Below, one piece after another: positions 1-11,909 of a stretch of DNA of 64,000 nt; position 1 is the first letter of the stretch, and each line of letters starts with the position of its first letter. The DNA is from Felis catus. Lineage: Eukaryota. Below the pieces are notes generated by a model. The model was not told the origin of the DNA. It worked only from the letters and a program-made list of their open reading frames with translations, and searched no databases. The position numbers and the translations under genes are program-made. The stretch covers positions 193,876,001 to 193,940,000 of the forward strand of contig NC_058368.1 of assembly GCF_018350175.1 (NCBI RefSeq). The letters are read 5' to 3'.

Positions 1-1029
1 GTAGAAATAACCAGAAATTAACCTGCTTTTGAATTAAATTCAAATCTCCATGCCATTGCCACGTGGTGTACATATGCACTGAACACACTCATCAAGAACT
101 GAATTTTGGGGGAAAAAAACCCACAAAATAACATCATTGATTTGTCCAGGGTCATCAAATACAATGAGTCAAAAACTCAAGGCAGATAGATATTTTAAGT
201 CTGTCAAGCAAAAAAACATTTTAGTTGAAAAGCCAAGTCACTGTAATAATTTTGTATTTTTAAATAGAAGTACCTGACACGGATGTGGAGCATGGGTGTT
301 AGACAGGAGTCCTACACGACAGGCCAAAACAGTAGTCTCATCAGCTTGGTACTTAACTATAGGATCTTGGAACTGGAGTTTCTCGTGGCTGTTCAAATGC
401 TAAAGTCTTTACAAAGCCTTCTTTTGTGGATATCTACCCCTTGTCCTTCTCTCTATTCTCTGCTTGCCTTTCTCTTCTTTCCTACCTTTTACATTCTACA
501 AAAGTGGTTTCCATTTTATTTATTTATCTATCTTTAAAATTGAGTTATTTTTACTAAGCAAAAGTGCACACCACCTTACAAAAGAAAGATGGTTCCATTA
601 ACAGCAAGTCTGAATTATGTGTTCTCTTTTGTTCAGGAGGGGGGTGTCTTTCCTGTTCTATTTTAGAACAGATTTCTTTCTTTTAAGTGCTGAAATACCG
701 TGAACTGGCTACTTAACAAGCACGTCTACATTGAACTCTAGGTGACTTGGACACACTAAAGGCATAAAGTCATTTTTAAGGACCACTCCCTTTTGACTGT
801 AAGGTGCTAACTCTGTGTGACTCATTGGTGGCAGAGGCACCTATGCAAGTTTCCTTGGAAGATGTGAAGCAGCAGCAAGTGGCTGAGGGACCTCAGACAA
901 GTCAGTGAGCCTCTCTAGGCTCCTTTCATTTTCTGGAAGAGTGCTATGCCAGATGATTGCTAAGGACATATAGAGCTCAGAATTTCTACAGTTCTATGAC
1001 TTGAGTTACGCCAATGATGATTACTAATA

Positions 1030-1200
1030 AAAATAACTTCAATTTATTGAACACTAACTACGTTTCAGTAACTGTGCTAAGAAACTAATGGTCCCTGTTC
1101 CTTTTAATTACTGCATGAACCTACTAATTAAAGAGATAGAGTTATAATCCCCATTGTATCCATGAGAAAACTGAGGTTTAGGGAAGTTAATAGACAGTTC
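1030..1200 (-). mobile_element. MIR SINE fragment
   Basis: ccccattgtatccatgagaaaactgaggtttagggaagttaa resembles the reverse-complement MIR core. Confidence 0.75.
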
Positions 1201-1748
1201 CTTACTTGTGTTCACGTTCCTCAGAGTCGCACTATACTGTAAATTCCATTCCAGCCTAGGCTCAACTTATCAAATGGGATTTGAATTAATGAGATTTTAC
1301 TGAACTAGGGAACATTTCTGTCTTAATGTCTTCCCATCCATCCTGCTAATTGGTCTTATAATTTTAGGCTCAGAGGCTTTCATCCTGTTCAGCTCGGAAG
1401 GATGAGGGATGGCAATAAGGGCACGTACCTGAAATGCTTATTTTGACCTTTCCCATCAGGATCTTTACTCACAGTTAAATTCGTCTGTATTAGACAGGAA
1501 GGAAAGTCAACCCTATTAGACTCTGTGACTCACAGGATCGTTCTCTTGTTCCAAATCTGAACACGCCTGGATTCAATTCCTCCAATACGCTTAGTAATGA
1601 CCAAACAAACTGGCATTCTATTTTTTGTCTCCTGTTCAGGACTCCTAGGCGGCTGTGCTTCTGGGCATCTACTTAATGTGCTTTTCTTTCCCCTGGGAAG
1701 TAAAGGGGAGGATGCATTATCGGTGCAGGTGATCCATTACTCAAGTGT

Positions 1749-1923
1749 TCAGGGAGAAGAAGTCTCCAGGAGCTGCCCTGCGAAAGAGTCAGTTAGAGGT
1801 GTTCGGCCTTCTCTGCCCTCAGTTGTTACTGGCTCGTTCGTTTTCAGCCTCCTCGGCATCTCTCTCTCCTTCCCTGGCTCCCTCCCACTCATGTTTTGGG
1901 TGCTGGCATCCTCTGCTAACATC
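1749..1923 (-). other. Candidate terminal exon (coding part) of a putative minus-strand spliced transcript
   Basis: Minus-strand acceptor cctctccctctag|G at 1924/1923; open frame MLAEDAS...LLETSSP to TGA at 1751-1749; no homology recognised. Confidence 0.25.
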
Positions 1924-2904
1924 CTAGAGGGAGAGGCCTTTCATTTGTTTGACTCCTGCGGCCTCTGGAGAGCTGTGCTGCCAGTGGAGGTGTGTGAGAC
2001 CTTTGCCAGGTCTGTGAAGGAATCAGTGGCCTCCTGGAGGCTTAATCAGGGACCTCCTGGAGGTGTCCCTTTCAGGTTTCTTTGCCACATGGGGTTCCTT
2101 GGGGAAGTTTTTTTAAAAAGCCCCTGTGATGTTTTCTTTTTTTTTTCTTTTAAAACAAAGAGAAGAAAGAAGAAAAAGCCCCCAGTGCCAACCAGGCTCT
2201 CACACCCATGGTATTTTGGACCAGACCAACGCAGCCCCGTTATCTGCAGCATGAAACAAACCCCACACTTATGCTTCAAAAGAAATCACAAAATCCAACA
2301 GAAGCAAAAGTTGAATGGAATGAAGATGGGTGGTGGCCACAGCCCTGCCTTCGTGAACAGGGAACACACATACCCAAGTCCCCAATCCCTTTGTGGAACC
2401 TCTGTGCCAGGGAAGAGCTGGAAATGACACTTTGTCACTAGCTTCTCGTGATCAGTCCGTTTTTGCATTGCCTGGGTCATCCCCAAAGCACTTGGAGATC
2501 TGTAACATGGAGGTCAACACTTTGGGAGACAGAATCGAGAACACTGACTGAGTGTGCCTTAGGTGTCTGACATTGTGCCTTGGTGCGGTGTCTACATCGT
2601 GTTCTTAGTCCTAACCATAACTATCACAGGTGGTAGCAATCTTATCCCCATCGTGCACATGGCAGAAAGAGACTTACAGACATGACTTTGCCCGAGGTCA
2701 CCCTGGTGGAGGAGACAGCAGAAAACCGGTCTCTGTAGTTTTACCCCATCCTACCGACGCCGTTCTAAAGCTGACCAATACCTTCATTGGACCTCCTGTA
2801 GAAAATCATTATGCTTCTGGTAAGGAGACAACACTAGTTGCAGGCCTTATCTCCTCCGTCAAGAGGAGTGAGCATTTTGGTGCAACTCAGGCAAACTGAT
2901 GTAT

Positions 2905-3570
2905 CCTGCACTGTGAACAATTTGGAAATATCTAGTGAAGATGAATGCACATACCCTACAGCTCAGCAATTGTACTCCTCGGCGTATATCCTAGAAAAAC
3001 TAGCACACTGTCCATAAGGAGACTTGTCCAAGAATACCCATTGTATCATTGTTGCCATGGTAAAAACTGGAAACAACTTCATCCAGTCACCAATTAATAA
3101 ACGTTTAGCGAATTGTGCTAACTTCATGCAAGGCAGTTCTATGTGGCATTTATAATCAATGAACTGGGTTCATTCACATGTGTCAACACAGGTGAAACTC
3201 CAATCTGTTGCACTGAAAAAGCAAATGGTAAAATGGAGGGACCGTATGAAAATTTTAAAAATACACACAAATATTATGTTGAATATCTGTTCTTCAGGGC
3301 TATATGCATAGATAACAAACATAAGAACATGGGTGGGAGAGCACCTACTTCAGGATAGTGGCTTCCTGTGGGGAGGGAGAAATTGGACGGGAAATAGTGG
3401 AGGGGAGGGCAGTGAATTTATAACACTTTTTTCCCAAGTAGAAAAACAAAACAAAACAAAACAAAAAGCATGGCAAACTGTCTGGTTGTTGCATTCCAGG
3501 AAGGAGGCACACATTCTCTCTCATTCTCCGTAACTCTGATTGTTTGTGCTTTCCTATGTGTTAAATTAGT
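2905..3570 (+). mobile_element. Old LINE-1 (L1MD/L1ME-like) 3' fragment
   Basis: cataccctacagctcagcaattgtactcctcggcgtatatcctagaaaaact and aaaaactggaaacaac are typical of the L1M ORF2 end/3'UTR. Confidence 0.75.
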
Positions 3571-4194
3571 TTGTAACTAACTGTTTCAAATGAGGGAGAA
3601 GTGGGGAAGAGCACCTTCAGGGTGTTTCAAAGGTCATTTTTGTTTGCAACCTGCCCAGGCCCCAGTGTGTGTGGGCACTTCCCAGGGCTCTTCCAAGCAC
3701 TGAGCAGATAGCAAATGTGAGAGACGGGTCGCAGAAGCTTCTAGGTATTCCCGATGATCCTTCCAGCTGTGTCTCCGCCTCGGTGCCAGTCTGGATGGTC
3801 CTCCACAAGTGGACCTGCTACTGTTTTCTCATCTAACTGTAAAAGGCAGAAATTTGTATTACCGCTGTAGGGTAGAAAAGTCAGCCACAAGCTCATTTCT
3901 CTGGAGGTGGAGACTAAACGTTGTTTTTCTGCCTAACTCGACTTGTGTCTGGAGTGCCGGGGTAAGCCCCAGCCCTCAGGAGAAGGATGCCTTAGATTCA
4001 CGCAGGAATCTTTCTGTCCTCTGACCCCCTGAAGTTCTTCCTGAACTTTCTGCTGGCAAATGCCCAGTACAAGCCTGTTTTTCCTACGGGAGCCCATCAC
4101 TTACGGGCACTCCGTTCCAAACACAGCATCACCTATGCTTCTAAAATGTCTCCTGCCCATTTCAGATGTGACTTTGCTCACTGGTTATCAGCAA

Positions 4195-4425
4195 ACTCCC
4201 TCTCCCATCTCTTGCTGTCCTTCCCCTTCCTGTCCCTCCTGTCCTTTGTTTCCTTTTCTCCCTCTTCCCATTTCTCCTTCTCCCCCTCCCTCTCCTCCCT
4301 CTCCTCCCCTCCTCCCTCTCCTCCCCTCCTCCCTCTCCTCCCTCTCCTCCCCTCCTCCCTCTCCTCTCCCTCTCCCCACTCCCTCTCTCCTGCTTTCTCC
4401 TCTTCTTTCCATTTACCCTTCCTCC
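4195..4425 (+). repeat. CT-rich polypyrimidine low-complexity tract (ctcctccct-like units)
   Basis: Directly visible; almost purine-free from about 4270 to 4378. Confidence 0.95.
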
Positions 4426-4827
4426 ACAGGCATGATTGAAGGGCTCTGGTAGCCTACCCCGTCTCTAGATCTCCAGTTGTGTGGACTCCCACAATCTTTA
4501 TCAATGAAACACTGTTAGGTTTCAATTTCTTCCAACTGAAGAGTCTGTAAATGTCCAAGAAGTTTTGGCCTAAGTACTAGAAAACATGTATTCAGGGTTC
4601 TGTTCAGCCTTGAATTAATCATGTGACCTTGAGCGAATCGGATGAGTTGATTAAGGGGGGATAATACGTGGCTCCTTCACCAGGCATTATGAAGACCTGA
4701 GAACGTGTTTCTGAGACAACTGAGGATAAACAGAGATGCTCCTGATGTCGCTTCACTGTCGGGTGGATACCAGCGAAGGGCAGGGAGTGGAGGTGCTCAC
4801 TGTCCAACAGGGCTGAGGGTGACTCAC

Positions 4828-4934
4828 ATCAGCACCTCCCATTGTTTCAGGAAGGGTGTCCTCTTCCCGAAGAAGTATGCAGAGTAGGGATCCCCGGGAG
4901 GGCATCTTGTAGCTTTATGGATATATATGCATTT
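4828..4934 (-). other. Candidate internal exon (107 nt; alternative acceptor at 4990)
   Basis: Acceptor ctaaattctccctcttttatgtcaaag| and donor GAT|gtgagt; open frame KCIYIH...QWEVL. Confidence 0.25.
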
Positions 4935-5799
4935 CTTTGACATAAAAGAGGGAGAATTTAGTTTACCCCTGGCGTATGAAGATTTTAGGTCTGTGCAACG
5001 AAAAACCTGTCTTCCTAATAAGTCTTTAAGTGATTCTTTTCTGCTCATTTCCAATTCACTAAGACTTATTCAAGTAATAATCTCTACAACAGGATGAAAA
5101 ACGAGGCAATAAATGCATACTGCAATTGATTAAATGGAGAAAGCTGGGCTGTTTGTAGAGTGTGCAGCACAGAACTGCAGAGGGTAGGAGATTGCAGGAG
5201 AAGCTGAGGTATTTCTTGTTGCTGTTTTTAGGGTGGGGAAGGCCAGTGCCTGCAGCTCTGGTAGGTGTGGTCAGCAGTAGGTGGTCTCCCTGGAAACTGT
5301 AGTTGGAGGCCTCCCCTCCACGGCTTTGGGTTCAGCACCCCATGTCTCTCGTTGGCTGTATTTATTGCAGTGTGGTCTTCTGGGAAGTCCCATGGACTGT
5401 AAGTAGGGAGTTACAGGCTGTGTTCCCAGCTTTGGAGCTATTTCATGGTGTGATTTTATCCTTGCCTTTGTGGGTAATGGATTCTCAATTCGAATATGGC
5501 TGGAGTGGAGAAAAGTCTTGTTTTTAAAAACTTACTTAAGTTAAACCTGAGCAAAATGTGGCACCATCCCTCCATGCTCGTGTTGTCTCTTTTTATGTGT
5601 ACTAAGGACTTTGGTTATTAAAACACTGCTGCTGGGGTATTTCTGAATAGGGAAAGGGTTCATATTAGGCAGGGAGAGATCAGAGAGCCTCAGACAGGCT
5701 GCAGCTGCAAATGGGAGGTTAAAGAAGCAGGGTTGGGGGTGGGTGGAAAAAAAAAAAAAAGGATGAAGGTATTCCAGACCTGCCTGGGCTAGGTGCCAT

Positions 5800-6012
5800 G
5801 TGTGGAGTCTTACAAACTTTCCGATAAGGTCCCAATAAAAAGTCAGGGACAAAAATCCTCGGTGGCTCCCCAGCTGGGACCCCTCTCACTCTTGAGAGCT
5901 TTATGCTTTCCCTCGGTAAACTCTGTAGCTTTGCTCACTCTCTATTGTCCTCGAGATTCATTCTTGGACTCCATGAGAAAAGGACCAGCATCTCTTCCAC
6001 CATCCTGTAACA
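5800..6012 (+). mobile_element. Probable ERV LTR 3' fragment
   Basis: LTR R/U5-like text (taaactctgtagctttgctcactctctattgtcctcgagattcattcttg) ending in ...tgtaaca. Confidence 0.5.
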
Positions 6013-6474
6013 CTTCCATGGGCCTCGTCTCCAAACCTTAAGGGGGACCTGGAAAAGGGAGCATTAGAGAAAATGGACTAGTTGGTGTGGACCACACAAA
6101 GTTGAGCCTGGCTTTAGAGAGAAGGTAAATACAGGCTAAAAGGGAGAAACCCTGGGTAGCAAGAATATTGAGCTGTTTAGGGGATCAGCTTCTGACCTTC
6201 AGTGTTACAGATTGAGCAGTATCTGATGCTTTTCAGAGGCTCTCCATGGGTGACATTGTAGAATTCCCTCAGTGGTGTTTGTGAGACTGGTTGCTATGGG
6301 ATTCTTTGTTGCAATATGTATCTTTAAATGCAATTCTGACCTTCAGAGGGGCTCATGACAACCTTGGTGAACTGTAGTATAAAGAATTTGTGTTGTATGA
6401 ACGCATCCATTCCTGGGATTTTTTGTTTAGGGATTTTGCTTGTTTTCCTAGAAAGGTAATGTAATAAGTAATAA

Positions 6475-6710
6475 TTTGGGCATTTGATGTGCTAGACCTG
6501 GGTTTGCTTCTCAACTTTGCCGCTTGAGTTACTAATTAACTGTTGGTCTAGAGGAAATTTCTTGAACTCTCTGAGCGTCTATCTCCTCATTGCTGAAATG
6601 GGAATCATCTTAACACCTACCTCTTGGATATTATGGCAGTATAAGTGATAAAAAAAAAAAAGTAACCTACTTAACACAGAATTTGGAACATATAAGCATT
6701 AAATACATGT
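6475..6710 (+). mobile_element. MIR SINE
   Basis: agacctgggtttg...ctctctgagcgtctatctcctcattgctgaaatgggaat...cctacctc. Confidence 0.75.
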
Positions 6711-6732
6711 TTTCTGCTTTATTTTCTCTTTA

Positions 6733-6734
<2 letters not shown>

Positions 6735-6765
<31 letters not shown>
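6735..6765. repeat. (GT)15 microsatellite
   Basis: Direct observation. Confidence 0.98.
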
Positions 6766-6766
<1 letters not shown>

Positions 6767-9536
6767 ATATTACAGTAAAATTCATTAGAAAAATCCTGTC
6801 TCTACCCAACAAGGAGAAATGGAATTTTTCAGCAGTGCTAAACTAGTGAGGGCAGGTGAGATGTGTATGGTCATGGCAATGACTGGCTAATAACCATTTA
6901 ACAAAAGTTTATTTTGAACCCCTATTCCAGGCACTATATGCAGGAGTCAAGAATGAGTGAAGTACGATAAATGATTATCCTCTGAAGGACCTTAAATACT
7001 AGTTATGGGGATTGAATCTGCAGCATGAAATTCAAGCATAATGTGGTGATCTAGAAGCAAGGCAGTTTGCAGGGTCATTTTAAGAATTAAATGAGATAAT
7101 GTATGTGGAGTGCTAAATATATAAAATACTAACGAGACACATTTCCTTTATTCTTCCCCACATACCTAGTGCCTGGCATACAGTAGCCACACAATAAATA
7201 CGTACCAGTTGAATGAATGAATACCTGACACAGGGCATGCACAAGTGTCCCTGTTACACATATTATTGTGGTAACAGAGTTAGCATGGGGTACTATTCAA
7301 GCATTTTGGGTTATATAGATTAGGGGGATCAGCAAAGAAAGATATTTAATCTGAGACCTGATCAGGACAAGTAGGGATTAGTTTAGCAAAAGACAAAGGA
7401 TCTTCTCAGCAGTAAGAACAGCGTGTATAATGGCCCCAGGATGAACAACAGCTTGGCGAATTGACAGAATTACACGTGGTTCATTGAGTGCATCCAGAGG
7501 GCAGTGGAGGGAGGGATTCCCAAGTGCTGTGTGTGCCACGTCGAGGAATGTGCACTTGAATCTGAGGATCAGGGGCCCACTGGGGGTTACAAAAACCAAT
7601 TCACCTTTTATGTGGCCAAATAATGCCGTCTTCAGTGTTGAGAGTAAAGCTGAATATGGACACACTTGAAGACAAAGACATGGTTTTGGAAAACTGTTTT
7701 AGGAATACAGGAGACAGTAATTCCGCTGATCGTAGGAGGGCAGAGGGAGGCGACAGTTTGCCTTCTTACTCTCTCTTAAATCATCAGGGAATAGCTGGTA
7801 GAGTTGAACAAAATGACAGCTTGCTTTTCCTATATACCATGAACCAGGCACTGTTTGAAGAGCTTTAAATGAGTTGATTTATCTTCCACAGGAACTCTGA
7901 GCAAACTACTGTCGTTATCCTGTTTTCAGATGAGAAAGGCACAGAGGAGCTACCCAAGTTGCCTGAAGTTACACTTGTACTGAGTGGCAAAAACTAATTC
8001 ATTTATGGTGGTGGGACTTCGGTGTCCATGGCCTTCATTCACACTGACCAAAATGTCTTCTAGGTAAAAACCCAGAAGACAGCAAGTCCCAGCCTTGCCC
8101 TGGATTCCTTTGCAGTTTGGTGTTTTCTCAAGTGGGGATTTAGACCCTATGACTTCAAACAATAATGATTATCTTTTATGAGTCTTGGCAATTACTGAAG
8201 CATTTATCCAGTGGATTATCTCTAGTAGTCTTGACATAAATCCTGATAAAGGAGCTACTCTCCCTAATTTGTGGATAAAGATTTTGAGATGAATGTATGT
8301 CTTATGTCCCCTGGAAAAATTCAATCCCTTCACTTTGATCTCAGGACTCCTGTCTCCTAAAATAAAGTTTTCACAATTTCTCAGGATATGTATTCACTTA
8401 CCCCACAGCCTTTGAAAATGCCCTACTCCGGGCCAGTCCTTTGCTTGGAAAACAAAAGTGAACACTTAATGGGGTCACTAAAGGCTCAAGGAGGGTGATA
8501 GCCACGTAAATAAATCCTTTCTATCCAAAGTGACCTATGTGAGAAAGGAGTTGGGCCCAAGGTCAGGTAGGACCAGGTCAAAGGAAAGTATCGGAAAAGG
8601 GGAGGTGCTTGAGCAGGATTTTGAGGGGTCCATAGGAGTTGTCTAGGTAGATGAAAGTTTCACGAAAGGAAAAATCCAATCTTGTGCTAATGCCTACAAA
8701 ATAGCTTTCTGCTCAGGTTTTCTTATGGCCACTGTTAGTTCTTTCTGGCAGTACAGACCTCATTAACTGAAGTAGGAATGCAGTACGTGTGAGAGCTGTG
8801 TCCTCATCCGGTTCTTTCATCAGGTTCAGTGACTTTTTTTTTTTAACCACTGGATTGACTTGCTCTATCAACATCAAAAAGAAAACAGTCTTAGTCACTC
8901 TTGTGTCCTTGAGTAATTTGCCGCCTACAGACTGGCATCAAAATAGCAGTGGACTTTGGCTATGTCTGGTTTGTGCCAGCTCCAGAATCCAAGGCAGCAA
9001 CACAAATCAATTTTTCTTTCTTCGCTTATTTTTTAAAGAGATTAGGATAGTTATTTTTCAAAATATATACAAAGGAGCGGTAAACTTTGGTGGAATGGAA
9101 ATACAAAGTTTCCCCTTATATTTTTTTTCCAATATGAACACTTTCTTGGAAGTGAGAAGGAAGAGGGAAGATTAGAGACGAGACAGGATCGAAGTCCCTT
9201 TATTGACATTGTCACTCAGTGAACTCTGTGACCCTGACAAAAGTGAGATCGGCATAGCCTCTTGGATTAAGAGAGAAAATAGCATTAATGTCTTAGAAGG
9301 CTGACCACATCCTTGCTCTGACTCCTAGCCTAGGTAAGATAATACCAGGATTTCTGTTTGCCTCAGTTTCTCAGCCTTGAGAGGAAGAAGTCGAAGATCA
9401 CAGGAACCCTTGGTTTGTCACACTCTCTGAGGTCCTGTGAGATGAAAGTATTATTAGAAGGACGAGTTCTCACAAAGGGTACATTCTCACTTGCTTCATA
9501 TGCACCATGAGGTGAAGAACATTAGAAATACCCCTG

Positions 9537-9993
9537 TCAGTACTTTCAACAATAGCCAAATTATGGAAAGAGACTAAATGTCCATCAACTGACCAATGGA
9601 TAAAGAGGATGTGGTTTACATACACAATGGAATACTACGTGGCAATGAGAAAGAATGAAATATGGCCTTTTGTAGCAACATGGATGGAACTGGATAGTGT
9701 TATGCTAAGTGAAATAAGTCATACAGAGAAAGACAGATACCATATGTTTTCACTCTTATGTGGATCCTGAGAAACTTAACAGAAGACCATGGGAGAGGGG
9801 AAGGAAAAAAAAAAAAAGGTTAGAGAGGGAGGGAGCCAAAACGTAAGAGACACTTAAAAACTGAGAACAAACTGAGGGTTGATGGGGGGTGGGAGGGAGG
9901 GAAGGGTGGGTGATGGGTATTGAGGGCACCTGTTGGGATGAGCACTGGGTGTTGTATGGAAACCAATTTGACAATAAATTTCATATTAAAAAA
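9537..9993 (+). mobile_element. Young, 5'-truncated carnivore/felid LINE-1 (ORF2 C-terminus, 3'UTR, A tail)
   Basis: 9540-9770 reads VLSTIAKLWKETKCPSTDQWIKRMWFTYTMEYY...DRYHMFSLLCGS* without interruption (L1 ORF2 C-terminus); G-rich 3'UTR; AATAAA and A tail; TSD aaatacccctg at 9526-9536 and 9994-10004. Confidence 0.95.
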
Positions 9994-10429
9994 AAATACC
10001 CCTGCTAACCTGGTGTGACCCAAAGCAGGACTTGCCCCCAACCCTGTCTTGTTTCTCTCTTCTTCCTCCTCTATCCAGATTCCTTTCTCCCCCTTCTCCT
10101 CAGGATCTCAGAATTAATGTTTTCAGTGCACTCTCTGTCATACATACTGGGTAATAGTTTTAACATGGCCCTATGATAGATTTTCCAGAAACATCCTCTG
10201 AATGTTATTTTGCTCAGGCAGTACAAAACATGGCTGCATAAGGGGCCTCTCTAAGCATGGCGTGACCGCTATGGCAGGCAGTGTGTGCCATGTGTTAAAG
10301 TGGACATTGTGGTTTTGTCTTGATTACAAACCATGCTTCTCCTCAACCCCAATACAGGCCGCTCAGGTGAGGCCATCTCTCACTCCCAGTTACAAGGATT
10401 GGTGGGTGGGTGGGTGGGTGAGTGGATGA

Positions 10430-10690
10430 ATATTGTGGTCAGTGGGTCTGTTCCATTCACTGATCACAGTGATGACTTGAAGGATGGGTGTGTGGCCTGA
10501 GCCAGACCAATTAGATGTGTTATTGGGACTTTGGTTTGAAATATTTAGAAAGAAAAGCCAAATTTTTGCTATGTTTGCAAGGGCTATGAAGATGTGAGCC
10601 TGGCTATGCTGGTGACCATCTTTATCACCATTTCCTGGGGAACCTACTTGAGAATAAAGCATTCATAATGCTAAAGGAGAGCTGAGACAG
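10430..10690 (+). mobile_element. Old MaLR (MLT1-type) LTR fragment
   Basis: gatcacagtgatgacttgaaggatgggtgtgtggcctgagccagaccaattaga resembles the interior of old MLT1 LTRs. Confidence 0.55.
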
Positions 10691-10964
10691 GGAATATTTA
10701 CAGTATTTTCTTCTTTTGCCCCAGAAAGGGGCGGAATCTAACTCTGGAGCTTGCTTGTAGCTCATTGGGATCACTGGGGTTTTTCCTTGTATCCAGACCT
10801 GCCAAATTCAACTTCCACTGCCAACTGTCTTAATCACTATATGTTTTAGTGAGCGTGATCAAGAAAGGAAATGACATTGTTTTTACTCCTCTTTTGAGCT
10901 AGTTTGTACCGTAGATCGCCATCCAGACCACAGGCTGGCTGCCTTTGGGCCTGGTGTCAAACTC

Positions 10965-11048
10965 TGCAGATGGAATTCAACAATGTGTGTTTTAACAAGC
11001 CTTCCAGGTGACTTTGATACATGCTACTGTTTGAGTATAGCTACTCTA
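10965..11048. mobile_element. MER5A-like hAT MITE fragment
   Basis: gtgttttaacaagccttccaggtgactttgatacatgctactgtttgag. Confidence 0.7.
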
Positions 11049-11174
11049 GGATAAAATTCTGTCACTTGGTCTTCTATTCAAGCATTCCTACCACAAATTA
11101 CTTTTCCATCTTATTTCACACTGTTGTACATAATTCTAGAACACAGGGTCCATTATCAGCGTTTTCATGTCCTA

Positions 11175-11685
11175 TTGGTATGTGTTATAAAGAACTGCTC
11201 AGTTTTATGTAAAGAAACCTAAGTAACATTGGCTGAAGCAAAAAGGGAATTTCTTAGCTCAAGCTTCATAACTGAAATGGTTAGGGACTAAGTCTAGTTA
11301 GTTTTAGGCATGGCTGGATCCAGGTGCTGATCAGAAAATCACTCTGATTCTCATTCTCTCTGTATTGTTTTTTTCTTCAGGCCCATTCTCACTAGGTTTA
11401 CTATTCTCCCTGACTCTAGGTTTATGCCCTATACAAGCCTATCAATCTTTATGGAAAATTTTTTTCATACCTAATAGTTGGTAATTGACATCCTTTTCAT
11501 ATTGAGCTAAGAAGCTACAGAGAATATATCCAGTTTTGACTAGCCAGGCCAAAGCCAGGGGCCATTCCTAGAGCCCAGAGCACGGTACCACCTGAGCATT
11601 AGTGAGGGGTTAGTTCACCAAAATAAAATCAAAGCTCTATACTAGAATAAAAATAATTACTGTGTAGGCAAAAGAACAAATACCT
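11175..11685 (-). mobile_element. MLT1K-like MaLR LTR
   Basis: aaagggaatttcttagctca...taactgaaa...ttaggcatggctggatccaggtgct motif. Confidence 0.65.
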
Positions 11686-11707
11686 ATGATTATGAGTGAT
11701 CATTTTA

Positions 11708-11909
11708 TTTTATTATTCTTTTATAAAGTTTATTTTGTTTTTGAGAGAGACAGACTACACAAGTGGGGGAGGGACAGAGAGAGAGGAAGACAGGAATCCC
11801 AAGCAGTGCAGAGCCAGACTTGGGGCTCACACCCACAAAACTGTGAGATTATGACTTGAACTGAAACCAAAAGTCAGATGCCTGACTGATTGATCCACCC
11901 AGGTGCCCC
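11708..11909 (-). mobile_element. CanSINE (older SINEC subfamily)
   Basis: Head ccacccaggtgcccc, GA-rich body, T-rich tail; 16-bp TSD atga(g/a)tgatcatttta at 11692-11707 and 11910-11925. Confidence 0.93.

Noticed and set aside
1597..2427. Longest ORF (276 aa, + strand)
   Set aside because: No recognisable domain, S/F/L-biased composition, runs through a poly-T tract; consistent with a chance ORF.
4060..4452. Pro/Ser-rich and Gly/Glu-rich ORFs
   Set aside because: Translations of the CT low-complexity tract.
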